A stretch of DNA of 64,000 bases, from sequence record PV231353.1, one strand, 5' to 3'. The translations under genes were made by a program, and so were the position numbers. A model generated the notes under the pieces. The model saw only the letters and a program-made list of their open reading frames with translations. It made no database searches and was not told the origin of the DNA. Of the stretch, positions 27,501-36,918 are shown in pieces (position 1 is the stretch's first letter; every line of letters starts with the position of its first letter).

Positions 27501-28011
27501 TCAGAGCTAGACGGTGACGATAGAACAGGCGCCGGCCGTTGAAGAACAGACGGATGCGGAATTCCTCGTCGAGGGTCCCGATGTCGAGGCTAAAGCCCAG
27601 GAGGCCCAGGCTGACATAGGCGTGGCGTCCGAAGCTCCCCGGAAGGGCGTCCATGCCGCCGGCGACGAACCGGATGAGCCAGAGCCAGCCCAGGTCGAAT
27701 CGCTTGAAGCCCTGCCATTCCACCGAGCGCCAGGAGAAGCCGCCGCCCAGCAGGGTGATGTCGATGTCCAGGTTCCAGCCCTCGGCCAGCGGATCGAGGC
27801 GGCGGTGATAACGCAGGCGGCAGAAGTCGCCGTCGAGGTCGAAGTTCGGGATCGCGGCCAGGACCCGGCGGCGCAGCCGTTCCAGAACGTAGCCGACCGG
27901 GAAGATCACCAGGGCGTAGAGCGTCAGGAGGAAGACCAGGACCACGGCGCACCACAGGCCATGCCAGAAGAATCCGAGCATCATCCCAAGCTTTGGCGAA
28001 TGGTCGGTCAT
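27496..28011 (-). CDS. membrane protein
   Basis: N-terminal hydrophobic helix. Confidence 0.65.
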   Translation of the reverse strand: MTDHSPKLGMMLGFFWHGLWCAVVLVFLLTLYALVIFPVGYVLERLRRRVLAAIPNFDLDGDFCRLRYHRRLDPLAEGWNLDIDITLLGGGFSWRSVEWQGFKRFDLGWLWLIRFVAGGMDALPGSFGRHAYVSLGLLGFSLDIGTLDEEFRIRLFFNGRRLFYRHRLALT

Positions 28012-28013
28012 GG

Positions 28014-28652
28014 TCAGGTCCCCTTGGCGAAGTCACCGGCCCGGCCGATGACATGGAAATAGGCGTAGGCCTCGCCGGGCGTATGCCGGTCGCGATTATC
28101 GACGACCGGGAGGTCCTCGGCGTAGCGAGCAAACCACGCGGCCTTGCGCGCCGCCCAGGCGGCGGGGTCCTCGTCGTGATCCCAGCCGAACAGTCCGCGC
28201 CCATTTTCCCGACCCTTACGCAGGTGGGCCACCGGCTGGTTGGTCCCGATATAGCGGGTGTAGGCCTCGGGCGCTTCGCCGTGCTGGGTCGGTCGGCCGT
28301 CGCCATAGTGGTCGACGAAGGCCAGATCGTTCTTCGAGAGGTCCTGGGCGATCCAGCCGCGCCGGTCCTTGACGAAGGGATCGACCAGCGTGGTGATCTC
28401 GCGGTAGATGTTCATGCCGACGATCATCGCCCAGGCCCCGCCGTCGTCGCGGTCCTTGCCCCCGTCACGCAGGGAGATCAGGTAGGCGCAGCCTTCCTGG
28501 ATGGTCTTGCCTTCCAGGAGCGCCGCCCAGTTCATGCAGATGTCGCCCCACTTCTTGGCGGCCAGGACATCCCAGGCCGTGCGCTGCTTGGCGTCGCGGT
28601 CATAGTAGACCTGGGCGGCAGCGCGCAGGTGGTCGGAGAAAGTCTGGGTCAC
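28014..28652 (-). CDS. hypothetical protein
   Basis: 212 aa, GTGA overlap. Confidence 0.75.
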   Translation of the reverse strand: MTQTFSDHLRAAAQVYYDRDAKQRTAWDVLAAKKWGDICMNWAALLEGKTIQEGCAYLISLRDGGKDRDDGGAWAMIVGMNIYREITTLVDPFVKDRRGWIAQDLSKNDLAFVDHYGDGRPTQHGEAPEAYTRYIGTNQPVAHLRKGRENGRGLFGWDHDEDPAAWAARKAAWFARYAEDLPVVDNRDRHTPGEAYAYFHVIGRAGDFAKGT

Positions 28653-28939
28653 GTGCGCGGCTCGCGCTTGAAGCGGCCGTTCTCGTCGTAGCGGTCCGGG
28701 TTGGCGCCGGGGGCGTGGAAGCCCGCCATCGAGCCGATCTCCATGGCCGCGCGCTGCGCCGGCGTGACGCCCATGCGCTGGTTCATGGCGGTGACGGCGG
28801 CCTCGCCCTGGACCCCGTAGTCGGTCGCGTAGTAGCCGGTCTCATCCTTCTTCAGGATGACCGTCTCGCCCGTCTCGATGTTGATCGAGTAGCAGAGGTC
28901 GGGCAGGGCCGCGAGATTGATCTGGCGTTGGGTCAGCAT
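28649..28939 (-). CDS. conserved hypothetical protein
   Basis: GVT.AQ.AAM..GSM.GF..PGA.P..Y motif; behind cassette. Confidence 0.8.
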   Translation of the reverse strand: MLTQRQINLAALPDLCYSINIETGETVILKKDETGYYATDYGVQGEAAVTAMNQRMGVTPAQRAAMEIGSMAGFHAPGANPDRYDENGRFKREPRT

Positions 28940-29012
28940 GGAGGCCTCCTTGTTGTCGTCGAGGATGGCTTCTAGCCGGCCCAGGTCAGGTTGTCAACAC
29001 TCGACAGCCAAG
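28940..29012 (-). promoter_or_regulatory. promoter-leader cassette
   Basis: TTGGC-N6-GTG-TTGACA(28992-28997)-N17-TAGAAG ... ACGACAAC-AAGGAGG. Confidence 0.9.
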
Positions 29013-29314
29013 TAGACGTTTCGGCGCGGCTCGTAGGGGAGATCGTTGGCGATCGCCATCAGCCAGCCAGCGTGGCAGCGCTTGGGAGCGCAGTGGCAGA
29101 CGAGATGGAAGCCCTTGAAGTTGGCCTTGACCCAGGCGACGAACGCCTCGTCCTTGGACTTCAGGGCGATGTACTTGTCGATCACCGTGTCGCGATCGCC
29201 ATCCTGACCGATGCGGAACTCGTTGCCCGCCGGGGTCCCCCGGCCGACGTACTTGGACATCGGCGGGAGATGGCCTGGGAACTCGCTTCGGCTGAGAACG
29301 CGCAGTTCGATCAT
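28994..29314 (-). CDS. DUF4326 family protein
   Basis: YVGRGT..GN.F ... I.KY ... G..LVCHCAPKRCHA. Confidence 0.8.
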   Translation of the reverse strand: MIELRVLSRSEFPGHLPPMSKYVGRGTPAGNEFRIGQDGDRDTVIDKYIALKSKDEAFVAWVKANFKGFHLVCHCAPKRCHAGWLMAIANDLPYEPRRNVYLAVEC

Positions 29315-29955
29315 GCCGCCCGGCTCTCCACGTAGTCGGCGAGGATCGCCAGGGTGTCCTCGGCCGAGGTGTGGAGAATCGAGAAGCCCCCAGCCCGGTC
29401 CCAGGCCACGCAGTTGGCGACGCGGTCGTCGATCAGGATTTGGTGGTCGGAGTGCTTGCGGTGCATGAATTCCTGCTTCTTGGCCGAGGTCGTGCAGATG
29501 AAGCGGTGGTCCTCGATCCGGATGCGATCGGGCGCCATGCCGGCCACGGCCTCGTCCCCGGAGAACATCTTGGCGAACGCCTCGGGCAGAAGCGTCTCCT
29601 CGATCCAGCGCCGCTTGCCATAGGCCGCGCCCAGCCAGTAGGGGTGGATCAGGAAGTCCTCGTCGGTCGCCCCGAACTTGGGCGAGGCGGTCAGGATGAT
29701 CGGGTCGGCCTCGAACACCGCCGTGTAGAGGTCGACGGCGCCGGGCATGAACGGCAGGGTCTCGAAGAAGTTCGTGCCCTCGATCTTGCGATACATCCCC
29801 TGCTTCCAGAGGTTGGCTTCGTCGTCCATCGCGTGGCTCGACTTGTTGTACTCGGGATCGGGCTCGAACCCGAGCCGGCGGATGCCCGCGTCGAAATCGG
29901 CCAGGACGCCGTCCATGTCGAGATAGATGGCGAAGTTCTTCAGGTTCATGGTCAC
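29311..29955 (-). CDS. HAD-superfamily 5'(3')-deoxyribonucleotidase (NT5C-like)
   Basis: IYLDMDGVLADF, ILTA, K..W, LIDDR..N...W..AGG..ILH; ATG 29949 is an alternative start. Confidence 0.85.
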   Translation of the reverse strand: MTMNLKNFAIYLDMDGVLADFDAGIRRLGFEPDPEYNKSSHAMDDEANLWKQGMYRKIEGTNFFETLPFMPGAVDLYTAVFEADPIILTASPKFGATDEDFLIHPYWLGAAYGKRRWIEETLLPEAFAKMFSGDEAVAGMAPDRIRIEDHRFICTTSAKKQEFMHRKHSDHQILIDDRVANCVAWDRAGGFSILHTSAEDTLAILADYVESRAA

Positions 29956-30152
29956 TCCGGAAATTGCGCGTGCAGCCCCATGGCGATGCGCGCCAGTTCG
30001 TAGGCGGTCTTGGTCTCCAACTCGCGGGTCGGCGTGCGCTCGATCTTGAGTTGGTCGCTCATCATGTGGATGGCGTGGATGATGTCGCTCTTGCGCCTCT
30101 TCTCGTAGTAGCGGTGCGACGCGGTGGCGCGGATTTCGACGATCGCCATCAC
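29952..30152 (-). CDS. hypothetical protein
   Basis: 66 aa, in chain. Confidence 0.6.
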   Translation of the reverse strand: MMAIVEIRATASHRYYEKRRKSDIIHAIHMMSDQLKIERTPTRELETKTAYELARIAMGLHAQFPE

Positions 30153-30511
30153 AGGGCTCCCGCGCAGGCCAGAGCCATCGCCCAGCCGCGCTCGGTCGGC
30201 TCGAAGCGGGCGATCGGCCCCTTGACGTTCGGATCGTCGGAGAAATGCGGGTCGAGCCAGCCCTTGTTGGCGTGGATCACCTCGTCGAGCGAGCGCGCCT
30301 CATAGACCAGGATTTTGCGGCCCTCGTAGTTGAGGGCGTCGGGGTACATGATCTCGACCACCGTGCAGCGGCCGACCTCCTGGCCCCGGATGAGCCTCCA
30401 GCGCGCCGGGTCGGGATCGCCCGGCGTCAGCGTCACGGGAGACTGCCCGCCGGAGAAAAGCCGCATCTTGCTGGGCTCACGCGCCGAGCGTCCGGTCGAG
30501 AACAATCGCAT
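30149..30511 (-). CDS. hypothetical protein
   Basis: Start MRLFSTG; ILVYE ... LDPHF ... PIARFEPT..GW. Confidence 0.7.
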   Translation of the reverse strand: MRLFSTGRSAREPSKMRLFSGGQSPVTLTPGDPDPARWRLIRGQEVGRCTVVEIMYPDALNYEGRKILVYEARSLDEVIHANKGWLDPHFSDDPNVKGPIARFEPTERGWAMALACAGAL

Positions 30512-30518
30512 CCCCACC

Positions 30519-30905
30519 CTAGTCTCCCAGGCCCTGCATGGCGTTGTCGCGACTGTCCTCGGCGTCGGGCCGAGACGCCAGGGCCGCCAGAAGGTCAACC
30601 GAGAGGTGGCGGTTGTAGATCGCCACGCCCTTATACTTGAAAAGCTCGCTGGCCTCGTGGATCAGCGCCCGCTCAACCGCCGCCCAGGCCGTCTGGACGA
30701 TCTCGGTGTCGGTGGCGTAGTAGGAGAGCTTCCACTTGCGCCCCTTCCACATCTCCGACTCGCCGGTGACGGTGTTGACCCCGTCCTTGCAGACGATCTG
30801 GAGCCAGACCTCGGTGCGGCTGGTCCCGAGTCGGAACTCGAAGCCAGGATAGCTCAGGCGGTCGACGATGGTGCGGATCGATTGGGCGCTGCGACGATCT
30901 GCCAT
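30519..30905 (-). CDS. conserved phage hypothetical protein
   Basis: WKGRKW.LS...TEIVQTAW.A.....HEA.E.FKY. Confidence 0.75.
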   Translation of the reverse strand: MADRRSAQSIRTIVDRLSYPGFEFRLGTSRTEVWLQIVCKDGVNTVTGESEMWKGRKWKLSYYATDTEIVQTAWAAVERALIHEASELFKYKGVAIYNRHLSVDLLAALASRPDAEDSRDNAMQGLGD

Positions 30906-30907
30906 GC

Positions 30908-31369
30908 TCAGGGCCTCGACTTGATCAGCTTCTTCTTGCGTCGGGGCGGGCGCGGCGCGAGCGGGAAGCCGTGATCCGCGTACACGGGTTCGGGCGGCGG
31001 GGCGGGGAGGTCCGCCGGGCGTTCCAGGCTAAAGGCGTCCGCGTCGAGGTCGTAGATCGACACCCGATCGCTGTAGCCGTAGCGGTTGTCATGGTAGGTG
31101 ATCCCGACGTCTCCCAGGCTGGAGACCATGATCACCCGGCAGGCCTTGCCCTTGTAGCGGCCGTAGAGCTTCGGCATGAAGCCGGCCTCCTCGATCGCCA
31201 GGGTCTCGGTGGCGTTGCCGGCGTTCAGCGCCAGAAAGCCCCGCACGATGGCCGGCAGCTTGTAGTCGCAGATCGCGCGGCTGTTGCTGACCTCGTAGGG
31301 CATGCCGATCTTGCCCTCCATCAGGGCGCCCAGGACCTCGGCGTCGCTCAGGGTTTCAGTCTCGGCCAT
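30908..31369 (-). CDS. hypothetical protein
   Basis: Start MAETETL; S.LGDVGIT motif. Confidence 0.7.
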   Translation of the reverse strand: MAETETLSDAEVLGALMEGKIGMPYEVSNSRAICDYKLPAIVRGFLALNAGNATETLAIEEAGFMPKLYGRYKGKACRVIMVSSLGDVGITYHDNRYGYSDRVSIYDLDADAFSLERPADLPAPPPEPVYADHGFPLAPRPPRRKKKLIKSRP

Positions 31370-31624
31370 AGGTGATCCTGTACGGGAGCCCGCCGACGCA
31401 GATTTTCCCGCGTCGGCCGTCGGCGGTGGTGAAGCGGAAGCCCTGGCGGCTCTTGGTGCCGGCGCAGGACCACCATGCGCGGTGGAAGCTGACGACCTCG
31501 ACGCCGGTGTCGCGCTCGACCAGATGTCGAGCATGACGCCCCTCCCAGGTGTAGGCCCAGACCCCGATGGCGAAGAAGACCAGAGTCAGGGAGCCATAGA
31601 CGGCCCCTTGACATAGTCCTCCAT
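31356..31624 (-). CDS. membrane-anchored small protein (frameshift at about 31605)
   Basis: One extra G restores MEDYVKGAVYGSLTLVFFAIGVWAY...GRD*. Confidence 0.6.
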
Positions 31625-32001
31625 CAGGCCGCCACGAGCCCGGTGATCACGTCGGTGACGATGCGGCGCTTCTCGGCCGGCATGCCCGCCAGCGCCAGGA
31701 TCGTCTTGGCGCCGATCTCGGCGACGGCGGTCTCGACGTCGGCCCGGCCGTCGGTCAGGAACGCCGGATCGTCGACCGGCGGATAGAAGTGCCCGATGTC
31801 CTTCTTCAGGAACTGGGCCGCCTCATAGAGCTTCGAGGACGAGATGCGGTTGTGCCCGCGCTCGTATTTCTGGACCTGCTGGAAGGTCACGCCGATCGCC
31901 TCGGCGAGTTGGCCTTGCGAGAAGCCGGCCGTCTTGCGGGTGTCGCGCAGCTTGCGTCCCACATAGACGTCGACGGGGTGCGGGGTCTTGTCGTCAGCCA
32001 T
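31624..32001 (-). CDS. XRE-family HTH regulator (PhrR/PraR type; candidate homolog of phiCbK Tgrl)
   Basis: HPVDVYVG.KLR..R...G.SQ.QLAEAIGVTFQQVQKYERG.NRIS. Confidence 0.9.
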   Translation of the reverse strand: MADDKTPHPVDVYVGRKLRDTRKTAGFSQGQLAEAIGVTFQQVQKYERGHNRISSSKLYEAAQFLKKDIGHFYPPVDDPAFLTDGRADVETAVAEIGAKTILALAGMPAEKRRIVTDVITGLVAA

Positions 32002-32979
32002 GAGCGGCTTCCTCCTTCTGCTTCTTGGACCGCAGGTCGCGGCGGTGCTTAAAGGCCGCGCGCAGGGCCTGGGTGGTGTCGTCGTGCATGCCCAGGTCCG
32101 CCCCATCGGGCGCGACCACGCTGTTCTGGAGACCGAACCGATAGCCCTCGGCCGTCAGTTCATAGACCGCCTGCTCCTCGTGCATCTGGGCGAGATGGCG
32201 ATAATATTCGGCCAGCGCCAGTTCGTGGTCGCCCAGGAAGAGGCGAGCGTTGCGCTCGACCCGGCGACCTCGGCGCGGAAGGTCAGCAGGAACCGCCCAG
32301 GCCCGACATGCGTCAGCTTGTAGCCGTGTTCGGCCAGCACCTCGTCGACGGTCTTGGTGACCGTGTAGATGTGGAAGGTGTAGACGGCCTCGATATGGGT
32401 GTCGTCGTAGAGGTATTCGGACCGGTTTTTATGCTCGCCGATGTAGGGACCCCACTTGTGGTAGCGCCAGCCGCCGGACGCGGGCTGGTGCTCACGCCGG
32501 ACTTCCACCATCGAGATGAAGTAGGGCGTGTCCGGATCGGCGATCAGGTCGGGGATGCAGGCGAGAAGCTGCTCGGGGCTGTCGCAGACGCCGTAGCTTT
32601 CGACCAGATAGGGGATGCGCCTATAGCCCTCGGGGACCGGCGGGACCTCGTCCAGGTACTCGGTGTCGAGCACCTCGATCTTGTACTTGTCGTGGAGCAG
32701 CTTGATCCGCGCCTCGCGGCGGTCTCCGTCGGCCTTGATCCAGGCCCGGACCGCAGCGCTGCGTTCCTCCTCGGTCTGCCCGCGTTCGTAGGGCGGACCC
32801 CACTTGCTGTCGAGGTCCTCGATCTTTTCGACGATCTCGTACTCGGGATTCCAGGAGCCCATCGAGTAGACGCCCTGGTGGAGGCGAATGGGCTTGCGGG
32901 CGCGGTTGTTCATTTCCGCGATCATCTTGGCGATCGGGTCGACTTCCGAGGTGGGGCGCAGGGTGATGTCGTAGAGCAT
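31994..32979 (-). CDS. hypothetical protein (frameshift at about 32261)
   Basis: One extra base joins ORFs 32155..33078 and 31994..32185 into 328 aa. Confidence 0.65.
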
Positions 32980-33260
32980 CAGGCGGCGCCCTGGGCGATT
33001 TCGTAGGTGATCTTCGAGACGCCGATATCGACCACGAACCGGTCGGGCGAGCCGTCGAACACGTAGTTGGCCTGACACCCGATAGGCATCATCTTGCCGT
33101 TGTCCATCCAGATCGCGTCCGGCGTGGCCTCGACCACGCCGCGCACCTGCGCCTGGGCCGGAGAAGGTTGCATCTCCACGCCGCCCACGGTGATCGCCAC
33201 GGCCGCGAGACGCGCGCCCGGCTGGTTCAACTTGGCGATCAGGTCCTGGATCGAGTTCAC
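32979..33260 (-). CDS. hypothetical protein
   Basis: GTG start behind cassette with AAGGAGG SD. Confidence 0.75.
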   Translation of the reverse strand: MNSIQDLIAKLNQPGARLAAVAITVGGVEMQPSPAQAQVRGVVEATPDAIWMDNGKMMPIGCQANYVFDGSPDRFVVDIGVSKITYEIAQGAA

Positions 33261-33334
33261 GCGGCCTCCTTCTGTCGTTGTGTCGACATAAGCTCTAGCC
33301 GTGGTTTTCCGGCCTGTCAACACACAACCGCCAA
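33261..33334 (-). promoter_or_regulatory. promoter-leader cassette
   Basis: TTGGC-N6-GTG-TTGACA(33315-33320)-N17-TAGAGC ... ACACAACGACAG-AAGGAGG. Confidence 0.85.
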
Positions 33335-33338
33335 GGGT

Positions 33339-33370
33339 CAAAGAAAACCGCCGCCCCGAAGGACGGCGGT
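33339..33370 (-). terminator. intrinsic terminator
   Basis: ACCGCCGTCC-TTCG-GGGCGGCGGT then TTTCTTT. Confidence 0.9.
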
Positions 33371-33396
33371 CATGACAGAGCATGTCAGGAGGGACG

Positions 33397-35520
33397 TCAG
33401 ACGTCCAGAGCGAAGGCCGGCGGGGAGACGTCCGGCTTCTGAATGATGAATCCCCGATCCAAGAGGGGCGGGAAGACCTGCTTGAGCACGCCGGCCGCGA
33501 CCCCGGCTTCCTCGGCGATTTCGGCGAACGTGAAGGCCTCGCGCTGACCGGCGCTGGCGACAAACAGATCGTTGAGCGCCAGGATCACCGCGCCCGCCGG
33601 ACTGATCTCGTAGGCCATGTCGAAATTCGGGTCTTCCGACAGCCGCAGCAGGCCTTCCGCCTCCAGGTTCGCGATGAGCGCCTTGAGTTGGTCGACCTTG
33701 ACCGCGCCAAGATGGGTTTGGATTTCCCAGGCCGCCGCCGGCTCCTCGGCGCGCACGGCTTGCAGCGTCGCGATCAAGGCGATCGCCGGCATGGCCCGCA
33801 CGATCATCTCGTCGCCAACCGTCAGGTCCGGGGCGTTGACCAGCAGGTCATTGATCACCGCGTCGCCGTGGGTCTCGACATAGGTCCGCAGCCGCTTGAG
33901 GGCGACCAGGAAATCGTCCTTGGTGATCGGCTCGATGCGGAAGGTCAGGAGCGGGTCGGTCGGAATCTCCGAGAAGTAGGCCCGACCCCGGTGGCTCCAG
34001 CCCTCGACCACATGCAGGAAGAGATCGATCGGCATGGCGACGGCGCCAAAGCCCAGTCGCGCATCGTCCGTCGCCTCCTCGACCTGCGCCAAGGCGTTGT
34101 CGATCGCTTCGAGCGTGAAGCCCCCGACAAGGCCGTTTTCCGCCGCGTCCAGCACGTTGGCCGCTTCTTCGGTGCCGAGCCCTTCGACGACCATTTCCGA
34201 GGCCTCCTGAGCCGTTTCCTGCGGCAGGGCGTCGGCGAGCTTGCTCATCGCCTCGGCGACGCCGCTCGTGTCGAGTTCCAGCTTCAGGGCCAGCTTCTCG
34301 GGACGCGCCGAGTAGGGCACGCCCTGGATCACCACGGCGCCCAGGTCGCCGACGACGCGCTTGGTCACTTCCAGATAGGCGTAGCGCGAGGCGGCGTTGA
34401 GCAGCGACAGCCGTTCGAAGACGATCTGCTGCTCCTGCTCGCGCGACAGGATGCCCGTCTCCAGGATGAACAGCGGCTCGGAGCCATCCAGCGGGGGCTT
34501 GGCCTCGCCGTCGTCTTCCGGAAGGTCCTCGTCGAAATCGGCGCCGTTGATCGGCTCGCTCTCCGGCGGGGTGAAGCGGATGCCCGGCTCGCGGGGCGGT
34601 TCGGCGGGAGTGGCGTCGTCGAGAGGCATGTCGGTCCTTTGAGGCTTGGAGGTGATGAAGAGCGTGGTGAGATCGACGTCCCAGACCCCGCGCCCGTCGG
34701 TGAAGAGCGCCATGAAGGTCCCCAGGCGCGCATCCCAGCGGATGGTCTGGATCACGCCGTTGACGTCGCCATAGACGCCGGTCGCCCCCACGAGTTCATC
34801 GCGCAGGACCTCCGCATGGTCGTGGCACTCACCAAGCGTCGCCGGACGCACGGCGTGGAACGGGTATTGCTGATAGGCGCCCGGCGGCGAGACGAGGCGG
34901 ACATTGACGTAGAGCGGCCCCAGATAGGTGTGGGCGTCGCGCAGGAAGCCGACCACGGTCTCCCCGTCGTTCTGGGTCGCCACCACGGGCATGCCGGCGC
35001 AGTTAGCCGTCAGGACCGCCGGATAGTCCTGGGGATAGGCCACGGCGTACAGGTGGAGATGATCACCCCGGCGCTGGGCCTTCCAGTCGGCGACACACCA
35101 AGCCGCCACCCGCGTGGCCCCGAACTCCGGCGTCTCCTCGATCAAGACGCCGCCGTCCGGAAGGTCCGCCTGCCCGACGTAAGGAACGACCTCGCTATGG
35201 CTGACGCTCCAGGCGGGCTTGGGAAATTGCGGGGTGATCATGAGCTTCTCGGTGAAGGTGAGATTGATGGCGTCGGCGTAGTGAACATACGGGCCGACCG
35301 GGGTAGTCCAGGGCGGATCACCCTTGCGGATGTCCGACAGCGGCACCGCGACGTGCCTGCCGTTGGGCTGGACGATGTCAGCCAGGATGCGCGGCGGCTG
35401 GTGCATCAGGGTCACGACGTGCCCCTCGCCCGCCTCGAAGGTGCGGCTCTTGGGCCACCAGACCTTGGACCCGGTCCAGTGGATCGACTGGATGACAAGG
35501 TCCTGTTCGGTCCCGATCAT
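33397..35520 (-). CDS. large hypothetical protein with C-terminal winged-helix-like segments
   Basis: 707 aa; L..LEAEGLL...YEISPAG and FTFAEIAEEAGV...LLDRGFI. Confidence 0.8.
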   Translation of the reverse strand: MIGTEQDLVIQSIHWTGSKVWWPKSRTFEAGEGHVVTLMHQPPRILADIVQPNGRHVAVPLSDIRKGDPPWTTPVGPYVHYADAINLTFTEKLMITPQFPKPAWSVSHSEVVPYVGQADLPDGGVLIEETPEFGATRVAAWCVADWKAQRRGDHLHLYAVAYPQDYPAVLTANCAGMPVVATQNDGETVVGFLRDAHTYLGPLYVNVRLVSPPGAYQQYPFHAVRPATLGECHDHAEVLRDELVGATGVYGDVNGVIQTIRWDARLGTFMALFTDGRGVWDVDLTTLFITSKPQRTDMPLDDATPAEPPREPGIRFTPPESEPINGADFDEDLPEDDGEAKPPLDGSEPLFILETGILSREQEQQIVFERLSLLNAASRYAYLEVTKRVVGDLGAVVIQGVPYSARPEKLALKLELDTSGVAEAMSKLADALPQETAQEASEMVVEGLGTEEAANVLDAAENGLVGGFTLEAIDNALAQVEEATDDARLGFGAVAMPIDLFLHVVEGWSHRGRAYFSEIPTDPLLTFRIEPITKDDFLVALKRLRTYVETHGDAVINDLLVNAPDLTVGDEMIVRAMPAIALIATLQAVRAEEPAAAWEIQTHLGAVKVDQLKALIANLEAEGLLRLSEDPNFDMAYEISPAGAVILALNDLFVASAGQREAFTFAEIAEEAGVAAGVLKQVFPPLLDRGFIIQKPDVSPPAFALDV

Positions 35521-35941
35521 GCGGACGCCGCCGCGCCAGCCGGCGTCAAACCGTAGATGGTGGGCCTCGCGGCGACTTGCCGATCGCGACCACTTCCAGA
35601 TAGCCCATATTGTTCAAAGCCTTTGCCGTTTCATGATCGGGATGGTCGGTGAAGACGTTGAGCCGCCCGCCCTCGCCCATCGCCTGGGCGGCGCGCAGAA
35701 GGCTCGCCTCGGCTTCGGTCAAGGTGACCAAGGCGACGTCCTCCAGCGCCACGTCGATCACGCAGGTCTGACCCTGGTGAACGAACTCGATAATCGCCAG
35801 CCGGCGATAGGTCCCCGGCAGGACCGCGAGGCAGACGCCTCGGACCTCGACCTTCTGGCGGGCGGTGATCGGGAGATAGAGGCTCGTCTTGACGGCCTTG
35901 CCCTTGAGGGACAGATGCTCGTGCGTCGCCAGCGGGATCAT
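35517..35941 (-). CDS. hypothetical protein, wHTH-like end (frameshift at about 35565)
   Basis: One extra G gives ...LNNMGYLEV...TIYGLTPAGAAASA*, with the stop overlapping the next ATG. Confidence 0.65.
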
Positions 35942-36183
35942 GGCTCGACCTTCCGGACAGTGTAGGAGAATTCGTCGTGGACGCGACCGTCGAAACTAGC
36001 CTCGTAGCCGGGGCCGAGTTCGGCCAGGATGCGCGCCTCGATCTCGGCGAAGTCGATTTTCGCCATCGCCTGTTCGGCCGCCCGCATCTGCTGGAGGAAG
36101 CCGTCCTTGATCTGGCGCCCCGCCTCGGTGCGGATCGGGATGTTCTGGATCGGCGGCTCGGATTTCGACAGACGCTCGCCCAT
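35938..36183 (-). CDS. hypothetical protein
   Basis: Start MGERLSK coupled to the gcrA stop. Confidence 0.65.
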   Translation of the reverse strand: MGERLSKSEPPIQNIPIRTEAGRQIKDGFLQQMRAAEQAMAKIDFAEIEARILAELGPGYEASFDGRVHDEFSYTVRKVEP

Positions 36184-36731
36184 CAGGCCCTCCGGCGATA
36201 GACCCGCACCGGGCGGGTGGGGAGGCGTTTCTCGGGCGGCTTGTAGGCGACCAGGGCATGGCTGATGCAGTAGACGCCCGCCTCGGCGCGGCACCCGCAA
36301 TGGCCAAAGTCCGGCGAGTTCGGGTCGCCATAGGGCCAGCGGCACATTCCGCGCTTGAGTTCGGCCGTCGCGAACAGCCGCGCCGGGCGCGGCGGGATGA
36401 CCGCCGTTCCTTCGGGGACCAGGGCGAGCTTGGGCTTGGCCGGCGGAGCGGGCTTTTCGACCTTCTTGGGCTTGCGCGCCGTGGCCTTCTTGACCTTGCG
36501 GACCTGGATGCCCAGGCCGCGCGTCTTCTTGTGGCGGGCGGTCGGAGGCGGAACCTTCTCGCCCAGTTCGCCGGCGGCCTTCAGTCGGTCGGCCTTGCCG
36601 CAGACGGCGCTCTTGGTGCGCGGCACGCTCAGGCGCTGACCGATCTCCTTGGTCCCGACCGGCTCCGCCCAGAGCTTCTTGAGCAGGGCGATGTCCTCGT
36701 CCGGCCAGTCGGAATTCCGCTTCTTCACCAC
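36183..36731 (-). CDS. gcrA: GcrA cell-cycle regulator homolog
   Basis: N-terminal W..E.I..LKKLW.E....EIG..L...TKSAV.GK..RL; C-terminal CRWPYGDP..PDF..CG....YC..H...AY.P. Confidence 0.9.
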   Translation of the reverse strand: MVKKRNSDWPDEDIALLKKLWAEPVGTKEIGQRLSVPRTKSAVCGKADRLKAAGELGEKVPPPTARHKKTRGLGIQVRKVKKATARKPKKVEKPAPPAKPKLALVPEGTAVIPPRPARLFATAELKRGMCRWPYGDPNSPDFGHCGCRAEAGVYCISHALVAYKPPEKRLPTRPVRVYRRRA

Positions 36732-36738
36732 GCTTGCA

Positions 36739-36918
36739 CTACTCCTTGATCTCGACGCTCTTGGGCGGATTGGGATGAGGAACGAAGACCAGGGCCACGT
36801 CCTGACCGCCGGTATAGCGCGTGCGCCGGCTGTAGAGCCAGCCGCCTTCCACCGCCAACCGCTCGGTCACCTGACCATCGGCTTCGTCGATCTTTTCCCA
36901 CTTGGACTTCTTAGCCAT
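36739..36918 (-). CDS. small hypothetical protein (59 aa)
   Basis: Not in ORF track; MAKKSKWEKIDEADGQVTERLAVEGGWLY...VFVPHP; GAGGGG SD. Confidence 0.7.
   Translation of the reverse strand: MAKKSKWEKIDEADGQVTERLAVEGGWLYSRRTRYTGGQDVALVFVPHPNPPKSVEIKE

Noticed and set aside
30455-30511. MRLFS repeated twice at the start of 30149..30511
   Set aside because: Only 15 nt with three mismatches; at most a small duplication or alternative start, with no further support.
33382-35556. Long opposite-strand ORFs (e.g. 33382..35556 +, 57336..59624 -, 1908..3317 +, 14236..15666 +, 42323..43690 -)
   Set aside because: They mirror real genes codon for codon, as expected from GC3 bias, and have no SD, promoter or family motifs.
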